A stretch of DNA of 33,550 bases from Nemertoderma westbladi (GCA_032718475.1 JAUCBJ010008649.1:1-33550); one strand, 5' to 3'. Positions 1 to 12,034 are shown, counted from the first letter of the stretch. A program made the numbers and translations. The notes: generated from the letters alone by a model not told the origin.

Positions 1-42
1 TTATATTATTCGTATTACAGTCACCTATGTTCCTTCTTCTTC

Positions 43-2377
43 CTTGGCGTAGGTCTAGTAGCCTACCTGAGGGTTGAAACTCCGGATGGAATCAAAGTTG
101 CCTTGGTCACCTCTAACGCCTTGATAAACAACAAACTACGAGTTCCTCGAGCGGAATTAAAGGCGGCTCTATACGCTACAGCCATCGGCCGGAATGTAAC
201 AGAACAGATCGACTATCCACTGGAGAAAACTGTCTATTGGACTGGTGCTTTACTCGTTTTGGAGTATATAACCAATGAAGTCTGTCAGTTCAGCGTCTTC
301 GTTACCAACAGAGTAGCCATTATACTTAGTTGCTCTAATGTAGATCAATGGAGACATTGCCCTGGGACGATTAATCCAGCCGACATCGCCTCCAGAGGAG
401 CAACTCCTCAAGAACTGATAGATACTCCAGACTGGTTAGGTGGACCCGACTTCCTAAGTAAAGAAGAGGATGAATGGCCTCCTCATCTCACCACGGCTGA
501 GATTAGACAAGCCAAGGGAGCGGAGAAAGTCAAACCTAAAACCCGGACGAGTAAATCAAAAGTTATTTAAACCCGTGATAGATCTGTCTGTACTACACAT
601 CTCCAAGGACAACGCTGTGGATCTAAACTCCCCCACCACAAACAAATCGGTTGTAGACATCAGAGAAAGAGACTGGAAATCTGGAACACCAGACGTCTCG
701 CAGGGACTCTCACCTCTCCTGCAGAGAGCGATAAATCACTATAGCTCCTGGAATCGGCTTTGTAAGGCCGTCATGTATTTGAAGCGATGCTTCCATCATC
801 ACTACTCCAGGACGAAGATCGCTAGTGATACCGCTCCACTGACCTCCGAGCAGGTCCATGCGATTAAAGATCTTCCCAAATATAAAGTATCGGATATGTT
901 TCTGACGGAAAAGATCAGTTATCAAGAGCATGAAGAAACCAATAAGCAGATACTGAGCCTCCTGCAATGCTATGAAGATTCTGACAAGTATTTCCTGTTG
1001 TTGAGAAATCCACAGATGCGCTTAAGGGGTCGTTTCTCTAGCACAATGATAGATGGGTTAATACGTGTTGGAGGGAGACTAACTAATGCTCCATTATCCT
1101 TTGACACTAAGTTTCCCATACTCATTAGAAATCTTGAAATACAAATCAAGATGATTGTAGATGTTCACAGTAAGCTTTACCATGCTGGTAGAGAATGAGT
1201 TCTTAGCGAAATTCGAACTCGCTATTATTTTCATAAACCCCGTAGAGCTCTGAACCAAGTTCTTAGGAACTGTATACCCTGTAGGAAAGCATTCAGTAGG
1301 CCTTTAACACAGCGAGAGGCAGAATTACCTAGGGAACGAGTAAGCTTCTATGAACCACCCTTTACTAATACTGGTGTGGATTTATTTGGCCCTATTGAAG
1401 TATATCGTGCTAGGACTATAGTCAAGCGATGGTGTGTCATCTTTGTCTGTATGACTTGTAGAGCGATCCATCTAGATATGGTGAATGATCTATCTACCAA
1501 CAGCTTCATACTGAGTTTACGCCGACAGATTGCTCGCTTTGGAACTAGCAACACGATGAGATCTGATAAGGGAACGAACTTCATTGGCGCCAATAATGAG
1601 ATCAAAGCTTACGTTAAAGATTGGAACCAAAGACAGGTGGACGATCACCTAAGGGTAACAGCATCTAGCTGGACCTTCAACGCCGCCGACGCCTCTTGGT
1701 GGGGAGGAAGTTGGGAGAGATTAATAAGGAGCGTGAAGACCACATTTCACTTTATAGTGCCTTGCCGCGCGTATCTCACCGACGAACTTTTGCGGACATT
1801 AATGGAAGAAATCGCTGCCTATCTTAACGAGAGACCGTTTATGCCAGTCTCATCGAGTCCTGACTCCCTAGAAGCGCTAACACCCGCGCATTTCCTACTG
1901 AACAAACCTGTAGCCATGCTCCCACAATCGGAAATCGCGGACGGAGACGAATACTGCTGACAAACTTGGCAACTCATGCAGTTATTATCCCGTCGTTCCG
2001 CTGACCATTTCGAAAAACATTATCTGCCTACGCTACAACTTCGAACCAAGTGGTTTGCGCAGCAAGACAACATCAGCGCCGGAGACATGGTCCTTATTGT
2101 GGAATCAGATCTTCCACGTAAGCGGTGGCAGACAGGTCGTATCATCGAGACTCATATATCCGACGATGGTTTATTGCGATTGGTAGAACTCGTCGTCATG
2201 CGACGTAACTTTAAGAAACCTGGAATTGTATTCGAAACACAGCAGCCCAATCGCCCAGTTGGTCGTTTATGTTTACTGGAAAGAGACAGAGAACTATCCG
2301 GAAACTATGGAAGGCAAGATACTCTTCCCACGACCACCTCCCTAATCCAACGAACATCTAGGGACTCCTCAAAGTAA
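43..2377 (+). pseudogene. pol: BEL/Pao pol C-terminal half: Pao RNase H (Peptidase_A17 region), integrase HHCC zinc finger, DDE integrase core, DUF5641
   Basis: Motifs GLVAYLR...VPRAELKAA...FVTNRV...WRHCPGTINPADIASRG...WLGGPDFL; GLIRVGGRL; H-x4-H...CIPC; PPFTNTGVDLFGP; RSDKGTNF; GGSWERLIRSVK; LNERP; LTPAHFL; YLPTLQLRTKW...GDMVLI...W.TGRI...RPVGRLCLLE. One frameshift near 540-570 and in-frame TGA stops at 1196-1198 and 1958-1960. Confidence 0.95.
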
Positions 2378-2393
2378 CAGCTTCTGGAGTGGG

Positions 2394-2880
2394 TGTTTGA
2401 CTACATTATTTTATATCTGTTTTTATTATTTTTATATTTATGTATGTATTATTATGTAATTTTATTATAATCGTTTTCTTTAATTTTATTTAGTAGAATG
2501 TTATTTTAGCGATTATTTAGTAGATTAGTGCAATATATATTCGTGTTTATTACTTAATTACTTAGCATTATATTTAGTGTAACAGCGAGAAATAATTATT
2601 TTCTCTTTCCTTACTGTCCGTATCATATTATAAATACATGACTACAGTAAGATGAAATGTCCGTACTTATTAAAGTACAATAAAGCTCCTACTATACTCA
2701 AGTATTATTGGTAAGTAGAGTATTAGGAATGCAAAGTTCAGATCCTCGTGTCTCGGCTAAACCAAGCTCTGGGTAGACCTTGGAAACGACTTGCCTCTTC
2801 TCACTGACATTGCTTCTTGCAATATTGCTCTCATACCGTATATTAAATAATACATATAGTAGCGTGATGTCCCTTTAACA
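2394..2880 (+). repeat. LTR-like segment immediately after pol (a 3' LTR or a vestigial internal LTR; right boundary uncertain)
   Basis: Preceded by PPT-like TTCTGGAGTGGG (2382-2393); starts TGTTTG; TATAAATA at 2629-2636; AATAAA at 2679-2684; candidate end TTTAACA at 2880. No second copy in the window. Confidence 0.4.
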
Positions 2881-2926
2881 GTAGCGTAAAACGCAAAATA
2901 TATCTGTTAAACCCTTTGACCATCTG

Positions 2927-3300
2927 TAATTCTAGTCGATTAAGATATCGCGGCACCCACCGATTTACTTGAAAGACAAAATTCTAGAATCAGTGGTTAA
3001 CATCCCCAGACAAGTTCTGGAATAAATCGGTGCCCATCTTAAATATTAAATATTTAATATTTACAAAAATCTATTAAAACAAATGTTATAATAGAGTAAA
3101 TGCAGACCAATAAACTCTAAGGAGTTTGTAAACCAAGAAAATCCAAAATCTGTTAAAATTCAGATCCTTTAAAATTCTAGTCAATTAAGATATCGTAACA
3201 CTTACCGATACTCTTAAAAAGACAAATTTCCTAGAATTAAGGATCCTAGTCCCCAGACATGTTCTGGAATAAAATTGTGTCTATTTTAATATTAAATAAT
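2927..3300 (+). repeat. Diverged ~125-bp direct repeat (about 2927-3053 and 3173-3300) in the retroelement non-coding spacer
   Basis: Both copies share AATTCTAGTCRATTAAGATATCG...ACCGAT...AAAGACAAA...CTAGAAT...TCCCCAGACAWGTTCTGGAATAAA...AATATTAAATA. Confidence 0.8.
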
Positions 3301-4095
3301 AAAATTTACGGGAATAAATTTAAATTCATATCCTCTCATGAATTTGATAAATTGTCATTTTATACAATTTATAGCATTCCCAAAATTCCATTAATTAATA
3401 GATCATGGGAGCGGAGATTCACCCTATTAAGTATATTAGTGTGCGAGAATCTCCAATATCTAGTCAATAGCCGATAAAATTCATAAAAACATGTATAAAG
3501 GGGAATATTGACAATTAAAGAATTACTATTAAATAGCATCCCAGATCTGTATGCATGAGAATTACCCTAATTCTACTGCTAGCTTTCCATAATGTCACCA
3601 TAGCAACAACCACGCTAGAATTAGAAGCGAGTTAAAAGAACAATAGAAAGCTTGCCCCATTGAATAGCATACGGAATAAATAGCACACTGCTAGTATCCA
3701 GGGATACATAATAATAACGTGGCATTCTGGAAGGCACTTGACTAATGGACAAATGGCCCGAATGTGTACAATTTGTGACAGTTGTGTGGAATTTGTGCAT
3801 TTATAGGTGAATGTTACTACTAAAGTGTGTTTACAGTAGCGAGTCGCAGTTGTGAAAGTAGCCCTACCTCTGTAGTAAGAACCTGAAGTAAATCTAAGCC
3901 CGTGGGGCGGACAGTGGAGTGACTCGCGCTGGTTATTGTTGTTGTTGTGTACCTACTACATTGGCGAGAGGCACAGCGACGACAGTACATCAGCGCTGAG
4001 GATCTTGCGCTGTCCAGGGGCATTGAGGGGGAGGCAGCGACGACCGCTAGCCTAATTATAATTAATTATAATATCGATAAACTCATATAGCCGCT

Positions 4096-7000
4096 ATGAC
4101 TGAGTTGATAGAAGATGATCTTGGTATCAGGGAGCGATATACCCTACCATTGCAAGCGTTTGTTGATAGTTTAATACGCGGTGACGCTAGTCAAACCACT
4201 ACGGAGGACGATGGCCGTTATATCAGACCGCCAATGTCAAAGGAACAACTCACGTGTGAATTGGACTATAGAAAATTCACCGCTCGCTATATGCATCGTA
4301 ATGGTACGTATATGGACTTCTTAACTACTGGTCATCCTATCGATTTACACGATATGGACGATGTAGACACCGAAAGGGAAATGATCCTATTTAAATATCA
4401 TACCCAGCAGAGTCGGAACGATAAACCGAGAATCGAACACGAGAATTCTATTCAAAACCGACTCGAAAGATAAGACGTTGAAGAGCCGGATAAACGCAGT
4501 GACTTCAACGAATACTTGGAATTTTTGAGTGAAACATATCTCAATGTAGCCAGTCAACAAAATCTAGAGACTCGATATCCTCTAGGTATACATCATGACC
4601 CTATGATAGAACTCAAACGACTCCATTTCACTATGATGTATCTTACCGCCGATCGACCACTACCTGAATAGCTTCAAACAGATGGAGGAATATTGTAAAA
4701 CTGGAGAACGATCACCCGCGTTTCCCCTACAAGACGTGCGTCTTTGGTATTATTGCGATGAATGCCCTAGACCCAACCAACAAACGGAAAGACATAAACA
4801 TCCGCGGAGACGTTGCGCTAAACACAGTTTTACTCGCTATACTTACGGGAGTTTTGAGCGAAACTTGTTCGATGTATCACCTACGCTCGCTCGACTCAAA
4901 CGATCCTTAAATAAACCGATGATCAGAGTTCCGGAATACTCGGTCAGACCTCCTCATTCCCTAGTGAGACCTCAAACTCTTGATCCTAATAGTATAACAG
5001 ATCCTCCTGAACTGTACTCACTGTTCAAAGATCTAGTGTTACCCGAACAATTAATCGGTGGCACTCCGGTAGTGGGCTCTCTAGATATTTGCCCATCTTA
5101 CCTAGCCGGATTGGGACGCGGACATTTAATATCGCCGTTCAACCCTTATAATTGCCCCGGTTTAACCCCAATACAACCCATCACCGAGGTGGAGGAGAGC
5201 GTTGTACGAAACGTGTTAGACGCTATTCGGCAAAAGATCGGAAAAGGAACTTACGATTGTTTAGATAAACGTAAATTGCAGCAGCAAGTCCAAGCGGTGA
5301 AAGGATTAGCTTTACCTCAGTTTGATCGGGAAATCCAGAATCTCGAAGAAGATATCGAACTTAGACGAACCTACTCTCTACAAGAGTTTTTGGATGAACG
5401 CTTCCAACGACAAGCGGAGGAAAATCAGCTCGAGGAGAAACACATCGAAATGGATGAGAGAGAAGAAGCAGCTTTAGCCCAACCAGAAGCTCAAATCCTT
5501 ATGACTGATCTCTATTCCAAAACCATCATTCATCCCTCGATGGTTCCCCATTTCGGAGACAAACTCTTCGCCATGGTACAACCCCAACCGGTTGATATCA
5601 ATCTCAGATCTAGAGATCTTATTGCTCACGCTCCTATGTTACAACGAACGCCAATCGAGGCCGCTCGTGTCGACGGTATACTCGTTGAACCTCCAGACAA
5701 TCGAGTGGATCTTGTCCGTCGTATGTTACACGAGGTTAACCTACGCGCTAGACCTTTACCGAACTCGTTTTATGGGATCAAAGACCACCCTTATTATGTC
5801 AATCTAACTCAATATTATATGGTAAAACCGGAAGATCCTACACATAGTCTAAGGTTTCTACCACTAATAAATCCCCTCGATCTTGTCGAACTCGAACAAC
5901 TGCAGAAACATCTGGATCAGTTAGTGAAAATAAACTTATTCAGAAAACCCTACAATGTTTCCAGAATAGAGAAGGATATAATGCCTCCGTATAATCTCGA
6001 TGGATTTATTAAAACTCGATTAGTCCACTGGAATCTCGACGTATTATTCGAGGAAGAGAGAATACAACGATATGGAGATGTAGAGACGTATACTACACAG
6101 TATCTAACGCTAGCGAATGCACCACCTTGTGGCATCCGGTGGGGATGACCCTAGAAAACGCCACTAAAGAGTGGAACGAAACTCTTAACGTTATCGAAAT
6201 GTATGGAGTTGTCACTTAGGATAACGAAGGTAGCATTCCTGTTGGAGAACTGGGAACTACGCGCATGATACACATACGAGGACTAGCTGGTTCTACCCAC
6301 GTGTTTACTCGAGCGTGTTCCGACGTGATCGATTATTCTTTTGAGACTCTCACCGAGATACAAAAGAAACTCCGACATGGACAATTCGAACTCGTGCAGC
6401 ATTACGTCACAGATACCGAGCGCAAACTGGCCATGGGTATAGATGGATCGATGTTACCCCAGCCAGTGCTCGAGATGTTGTTTAACGAAAGAATCCTTAA
6501 AATCGGCTCAGCTGTTTATGGAGATCTCCAGAATGACTTCAGGAACATGGAGAATATCCCATATCCTTTCGTAGACACCCAGCTGATTACTCCCTGGGCA
6601 GAAGGCCGAGGTTTCTTCCGCACTATGTATGCCAATACACCCAGCGGCATCAATAAAGTACAACGAACGTCCATCGGACATCTTGCCTTCCAAGAATACG
6701 GATGGAATTTCAAAGTCGGAAACCCTATCAACTATCAACAAGTATATGGAGATCATTATTCTCGATTATACTTCGATGGACCATTGACCGCACCTGGCGT
6801 CGTGTATAGCTTCATGAGTGTTCCACTTCGTCCCTCATTAGCTATATACACTATCTTCGAGAACGCCGCACTTGCCGGTTGGCTAGCCGATGTGTGCAGT
6901 CGTACTATACGCACCCATCCCTTGTTACTCTTGTTGGAACCAAACTCACCAAGCTAGATGAACACAATAAATTCATCCACTTCGAATGCTTTAGGAGCTT

Positions 7001-8280
7001 TCTGACTCCGTTCCGTAACGTTGATAGTCAGTTCAAGGACCGCGCTCTGACCAAGCTCAGCCTAAGAGACTCAGCTGCTGAGAAGTTAGACAGCGCTGGC
7101 TTCGCTATTTTCAAGGATTTTTGTATACAGAACTTACATTCCTCTGTTATACAAAGACCCCGAATCCCCACAGGTTATTCTATCGTGGAAGTTCAAACAG
7201 TGGGTTCGCTTGAGGAGACAGCTACACCTACCTCAGCTATGCAATTGGAAGACGAACCAATATGCTTAGAATCCGAGGAGATTCAGCCCACAGTGCCCCG
7301 GAGCAGTGACAACGACTACGTCCTGGAATGGTATCAAGGTCCACAATGTCTCACCGCATACGATTATTGGCATGCCAATTATGTTTCTAGGAAACGTTGC
7401 CGATTATGCGCATCACGGGACCATTTCACCTCAGTGGACTCCAGCATACCTTAACACCTCAATAACTTACACATCTTCGCAGTCTGCCCTCAATTTATGA
7501 CTCAATGCCATCATTGCCAGTTTAAAGGACATGCAAGTTTTGATTGCCCTTTCAACCGAGATCTGGAAAGCGTAGACGAAATGGTTGCCCTGTGCTACAT
7601 CCGAGCCTGGGAAGCTAACGCGGATCTCCATTGCGAGTCACGTCATCGATAATACCCTGGACGTGCCTATGAAGGAGTTTATGCGTTTCACCCGTATCTC
7701 TTTGCTTCTGTTGAACAAAAATCTCGCACACCGAGCTACGAGCTAATGAAGCGTGTTGGCGAGAATATTTCGACCCAAATTTGTTCGAAAGTACCTCAGG
7801 AACATTAATCCTAACGACCTCATTTCCTATAACTTGATAATCTTTATCCGTCAAGATCCGGAATATGGTGACTTGTTCATCAACTCGCATCCAGAACTAC
7901 AGGAAGTTCATAGACGACCCTATGAGTATAGAGCCCGAGAACGCGAGTTGGAAAGAACCATCAAACCGAGGAAGTTTCTCACTACTCATGGTCCGCCTAC
8001 CGCTCTCGTGAAAATGACCCGTCAGGGACCAGTAAGAGCTGCTGTTTTGAAACGCGCTCTCAAGGTTGTTAGACCTCGTTCCAAGGAGGTTGATATCGAT
8101 CAACCGGGTACCTCGACTGGTGGATACACTGACCGTAACCCCAAACCTTCCGATGCAATTGTATTGCGCCCCTCACCCAGGAGTTATAGCCCTCCTAGTA
8201 AAGTGGCTCGCCCCAAAGAGAAAAGGACTCTTGCTAGCCTCAAAAAACTTCGTAAATGCCGTTCACGTAAGAAGGACTAG
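4096..8280 (+). pseudogene. Fragmented ~1,390-codon accessory ORF: unknown N-terminus and coiled coil, DEDDy 3'-5' exonuclease domain, Cys/His zinc knuckles, basic C-terminal tail
   Basis: ORF pieces 4096-4473, 4682-6148, 6265-6957, 6879-7454 and 7753-8280 can be joined through about four frameshifts and five stops. ExoI VVT*DNEG (D 6220-6222, E 6226-6228); LPQPVLEMLFNERILKIGSAVYGDL (ExoII); FVDTQL; LTAPGVVYSFMS (ExoIII-like). CRLCASRDH at 7398 and a perfect CCHC knuckle CHHCQFKGHASFDC at 7506-7547. Confidence 0.75.
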
Positions 8281-8358
8281 TAGTTTAGAGTATTTTTATA
8301 TTTTAGAAACTGTGATTTTTTATATTTTATAGACTCAAATCCCATTTTCTGGGAGCGG

Positions 8359-8968
8359 TGTAAAAGCTTTTGCGGACATAACAAGTCATTTTTCCCCGCA
8401 ATGCGCAGTGTAGGTGCTTTAGCGGACATAACAAGTCACTTTTGCCGCAATGCGCATAATACTCTAAAAGACTGGAGCTCAGATGACGAAATCTGTCAGC
8501 TGATTTTCTGTAGATGTGGAACCTCTTTGTTCTGCTCAGCCAATCAGAGCGATTTTCATTTTATGTTGGACAAGGGCCTACGGAAACCCGCGCAATGCAT
8601 TACGGTCTTTGTTTACCTTTTCTGAGCCTCAGAACACCGGCTTGGAACTCTTCTGTGCTTATGTAGAAGTTTCAGACTTTGGCCAAACATTAGATGGCTT
8701 TGATTATAGGAACGTAAATCTATTATCAAACTGCACTGACTTGTCACCTGACTGATGAACCTACTGACTCATTGAACACTGCATAAGTAACATATACTGA
8801 TTGTTCGCCGCATTATTTTACTTCTGTTTAATGTCTGCTATTAATTGTTGTATATTGATGGATATGTTGTTATATTTGGAGAATACCGATAAATAATCAT
8901 AAAACCCCCAATCTTCTTGATTACTGAAGGTAAGAGGGACCGGTTACCGGTAGCAATTGCGACTTACA
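8359..8968 (+). repeat. 3' LTR (610 bp) preceded by a polypurine tract
   Basis: PPT-like CTGGGAGCGG directly before TGTAAAAG; ends GACTTACA, giving a TGTAA/TTACA terminal inverted repeat; internal duplicated GCGGACATAACAAGTCAYTTT...CCGCAATGCGCA; CCAAT box AGCCAATCAG at 8538-8547; begins ~80 bp after the extra ORF stop. Confidence 0.7.
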
Positions 8969-9719
8969 TTATAGTGGCTTTGGAGTGAATTGAATGCTAT
9001 TTCATAATCCCTACATGTGTCAGTTGCTATCCTCCTTATATATGATCAAATTCAGTGACGGTCGGCAGATCAGTGTGAAGTAGTGTGAAGTCGTGTGAAG
9101 TAGTGTGACAGATAATAAAGCATCTCCTGAAGAATGCGCTATTTACGAAACTCAGTGGCCATCTCGTTGTGTTTAGTATAAGTCATAACTCTATTATATA
9201 TATTTAAAGCGCCACGTCCTAAAGGAACTGTTAATTTTTCCCCGAAAGTGAATAATATTGTCAGAAATTATATAGTAACGATCAATCGAATAATACCGTA
9301 GGTCTGCACCGCAATAACTTTCAAAGCACCCGAATCCAGTCTCCCTTAACAGTGGGTGAATGATCGCGCATAGACTGGCTTCGGCTAATGTAACTTCATG
9401 TGCACTAAATAATTGTTATAGGCTAAAGTCGATTTATAAACAAGAGGACAACTAAAATTGGCAGGTTAAACTGCTAAAGGTCTGAAAGCGCGAACAATAA
9501 TAGATTGTATAGTTTCTTTATTGCACCGTAGGCAAATAAGAGTCAAGTCTGATGATTGTGTTTCCCTTTAGAGGAAACGTATTGTAACAAGTCTTTGGTC
9601 TAATTATATTGATATCACTACAGTATTCAATTTGTGACAACTCTCAATCGTGATGTAATTAATAATAAGAGCTTTGCTTATATTAATGGTCTGAAATATC
9701 GCCATATATTAATTATTTA

Positions 9720-10030
9720 GTAAGTCAGAGATATGACAACACACAAATCTGATAGATATACTCGACTTCTGGGGCCAATAGGATGTGTTACAATCAATCA
9801 CCCCATATTCATTATGATAATCTAAGGACATGCGACCCTCCATAGAACATAGTCAACAACAATTATGAATAAGAAAGGTGCATGTGAGTCACCCTGAACT
9901 TCGAATGGATATGTATGTATCACCATCAACAGTAGACCCAAATGTTGTCGAACCATCGTATACTGATCTGATTGCTGCAATAATTTTCTCAGGAATCCCA
10001 TATAACGCAAGTCGAGATAACATAAGTTAT
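9720..10030 (-). mobile_element. Degenerate non-LTR retrotransposon (RTE-like) reverse transcriptase fragment
   Basis: Minus-strand frames give YGIPEKIIAAIRSVYDGSTT...DGDT, then QGDSHAPFLFIIVVDYVL (QGD-x-L-x-P-x-LF RT motif), and later HISDL before the expected ADD motif, which is missing. Confidence 0.8.
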
Positions 10031-10302
10031 ATTCGGCTGGGTGTTAACTATGGCGCAATCTGGAGCATCCATCCATTGATACATCTTAAATCCCAACGAA
10101 TGTGTTGACAATCTGATATGTTTTGGGGAAGCAAATACGCAATAACAACGACCGTATATTTTTAAGAATCATCAGCCAGACTTTTTTTACTATAATTAAA
10201 ATGAATTTAATTAAATTATCTGCATAGAAATATGGTTATCTGGGTGCCGCCAAGTCTGATAGCCTTGACATAGGCTACGGTTGTTGATGGTGTAATCTAC
10301 TG

Positions 10303-10372
10303 TATCTGTCTGTCTGCCTGACTGTTTGTCCGTCCGTTCGTATGTTCGTTCCCGTCTGTCTGTTGGTCGGTC
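10303..10372 (+). repeat. Degenerate (GTCY)n-like microsatellite, possibly a Helentron/DINE-like remnant
   Basis: TCTGTCTGTCTGCCTGACTGTTTGTCCGTCCGTTCGTATGTTCGTTCCCGTCTGTCTGTTGGTCGGTC; element termini not identified. Confidence 0.3.
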
Positions 10373-10730
10373 TACTGTATATTATATCTCTAATCGTCAT
10401 ATATATATTATTTTCTTAACTATTTTCCATTATGTTAATAGTACGTCATCCACACGATTGATCCGTTGGTGTGTTCCTACATGTAACTACAAACCACGCT
10501 GTAAGTATCTTATCCTTTTAAAATGAAATCCTATAGGACATGACTTAGGTAACTCTAACAGTCCCGCACTAGTTTGTGTGTCTGCAACCATGTCAACCTC
10601 TCAGGTTCTGCGAAAAAGCCCCCAATCGCACTTAAGTGATAAACAAATAACTAAATAATTAGAATACGGTATTACAACTTGTGCTCGTGCAATGATTAAT
10701 ATAACAAATAGGTTTATTATTGATTAACCG

Positions 10731-11243
10731 CTAACGATTCCTTGGGTTCTTCCTTGATCGCTTTGTTCGTATTGGTAGCAGCTCTACATCCAATCGCCCA
10801 CTGTTTCTCTTGTGCACCGAATATTTAACTCGAACATCGTTGTCCAGTTTATCCATTATCGCTGGTTTAACTCGCGCCACGCCCCCTCTGCTGTGGATTC
10901 CTTTACCCACTATAATCGTAAGTCTGTGAAAACCCTTGTCTCTCGAATTCCGAATGGCCTTATCCACCTCCATTTTGGCTTTAATAACAGAAAGACCGTG
11001 AAGATCTATAAAATTAGCAGTACTTTTGGGGACTTTAGCCTGATTTGTTTTCCCCCGGTTCCTCCCACCCAAATCTTGAGCTGGAGCTGTGTGGATACAC
11101 GGGTCTGGCCTGTGGCTCCAGGTGCTGTGATGTACAGTACCGGCGTTATTCATGTGGTTGTATCGGTTGACACCGGCCTCTATACGACGAGCGCCATAAT
11201 CGTCTTCTTTGTGAGCCTTTCTACAACAAATACAATTTCCCAT
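10731..11243 (-). CDS. Small stand-alone Smr-domain (small MutS-related) nuclease-like protein with N-terminal myristoylation/palmitoylation motif, 170 aa
   Basis: IDLHGLSV...LTIIVGKGIHS.GG...VKPAI...NSGRLDV is the Smr signature. N-terminus MGNCICC; strong Kozak context GCCATGG; intact intronless ORF. Confidence 0.85.
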   Translation of the reverse strand: MGNCICCRKAHKEDDYGARRIEAGVNRYNHMNNAGTVHHSTWSHRPDPCIHTAPAQDLGGRNRGKTNQAKVPKSTANFIDLHGLSVIKAKMEVDKAIRNSRDKGFHRLTIIVGKGIHSRGGVARVKPAIMDKLDNDVRVKYSVHKRNSGRLDVELLPIRTKRSRKNPRNR

Positions 11244-12034
11244 GGCAGCAGAAAATAACTCAAATAATTATAATGATAATCGCAAAAAGTCTTGAGAGGT
11301 TCAGGTTAATATCAAACCGAGGCTGCTGCCGTTATTAATAATCAATACTGAGTTAGAAACAAAATTTGAAATAAAATTTGCGCCCATGTGAAGAACAGGC
11401 CTACCAGGTTTTCACTTTTCGGTCGAAATTCTCCTGGAATTGGAATTTTATATATGAAGAGTTTGTAGTTTTCAAAAATTTATCTTTATTAAATTGTTTT
11501 ATAGCGCTTATTTCTGTCTTATAACCTGTATACTTATTCGTTTATTGTTTTGGTTAGAATCAGACCTTCTGAAACCTGTGGTTTTAGTGATTACCTGGTA
11601 TTCTTCAATCTTCACTGGTAAACTGCAAAGTGAAATATAACACCAGAAAGTCTGGCATACTTCACATTGGCCAAAATTTGAAAAATAACCTACATTTACA
11701 AAACAAATTTACCAAAAAAAATTGACAGAAAAAACTAAAACAAAAACACAATTCGAAATAAATAAATAACAATTTCAAATTACAATAACTAAATTAAACT
11801 AAATTTACAACACAATATTTGAAACAAAATTAATTCTTGAACCAGATGATATATATAATAAGCATAGCAAAACTGCAAACTGAAAAGTAAATAGCTTTGT
11901 AATATACTTTCGCACTGTTGCCTACTGTATAGCGTTGTCCCCGTTATCTATTATTTAATGTTTACAGTTGTTCCAATATTTACATATTGTTGCTGACTCC
12001 TGTAGTGTGGCATGGCTCTTGGTTATTATAATAC

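Larger units (their letters stand above)
43..8968 (+). mobile_element. 3' portion of a degenerate BEL/Pao LTR retrotransposon with an extra exonuclease ORF between pol and the 3' LTR (single-element model; 5' part not in window)
   Basis: BEL/Pao pol at 43-2377, a same-strand decayed ORF at 4096-8280, PPT at ~8349-8358 and LTR-like TGTAA...TTACA at 8359-8968. That pol and the extra ORF belong to one element is inference, because no 5' LTR is available for comparison. Confidence 0.6.

Noticed and set aside
3040-3063. Perfect 24-bp palindrome TAAATATTAAATATTTAATATTTA
   Set aside because: A/T only in a very AT-rich tract and not preserved in the second repeat copy; weak evidence of function.
4096-8280. 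Extra ORF as an env glycoprotein or as gag
   Set aside because: No signal peptide or transmembrane segment is visible. The knuckles follow an exonuclease domain downstream of pol rather than preceding a protease.
9073-9108. 10-bp tandem GTGTGAAGTM next to the LTR
   Set aside because: Too short and simple to interpret.
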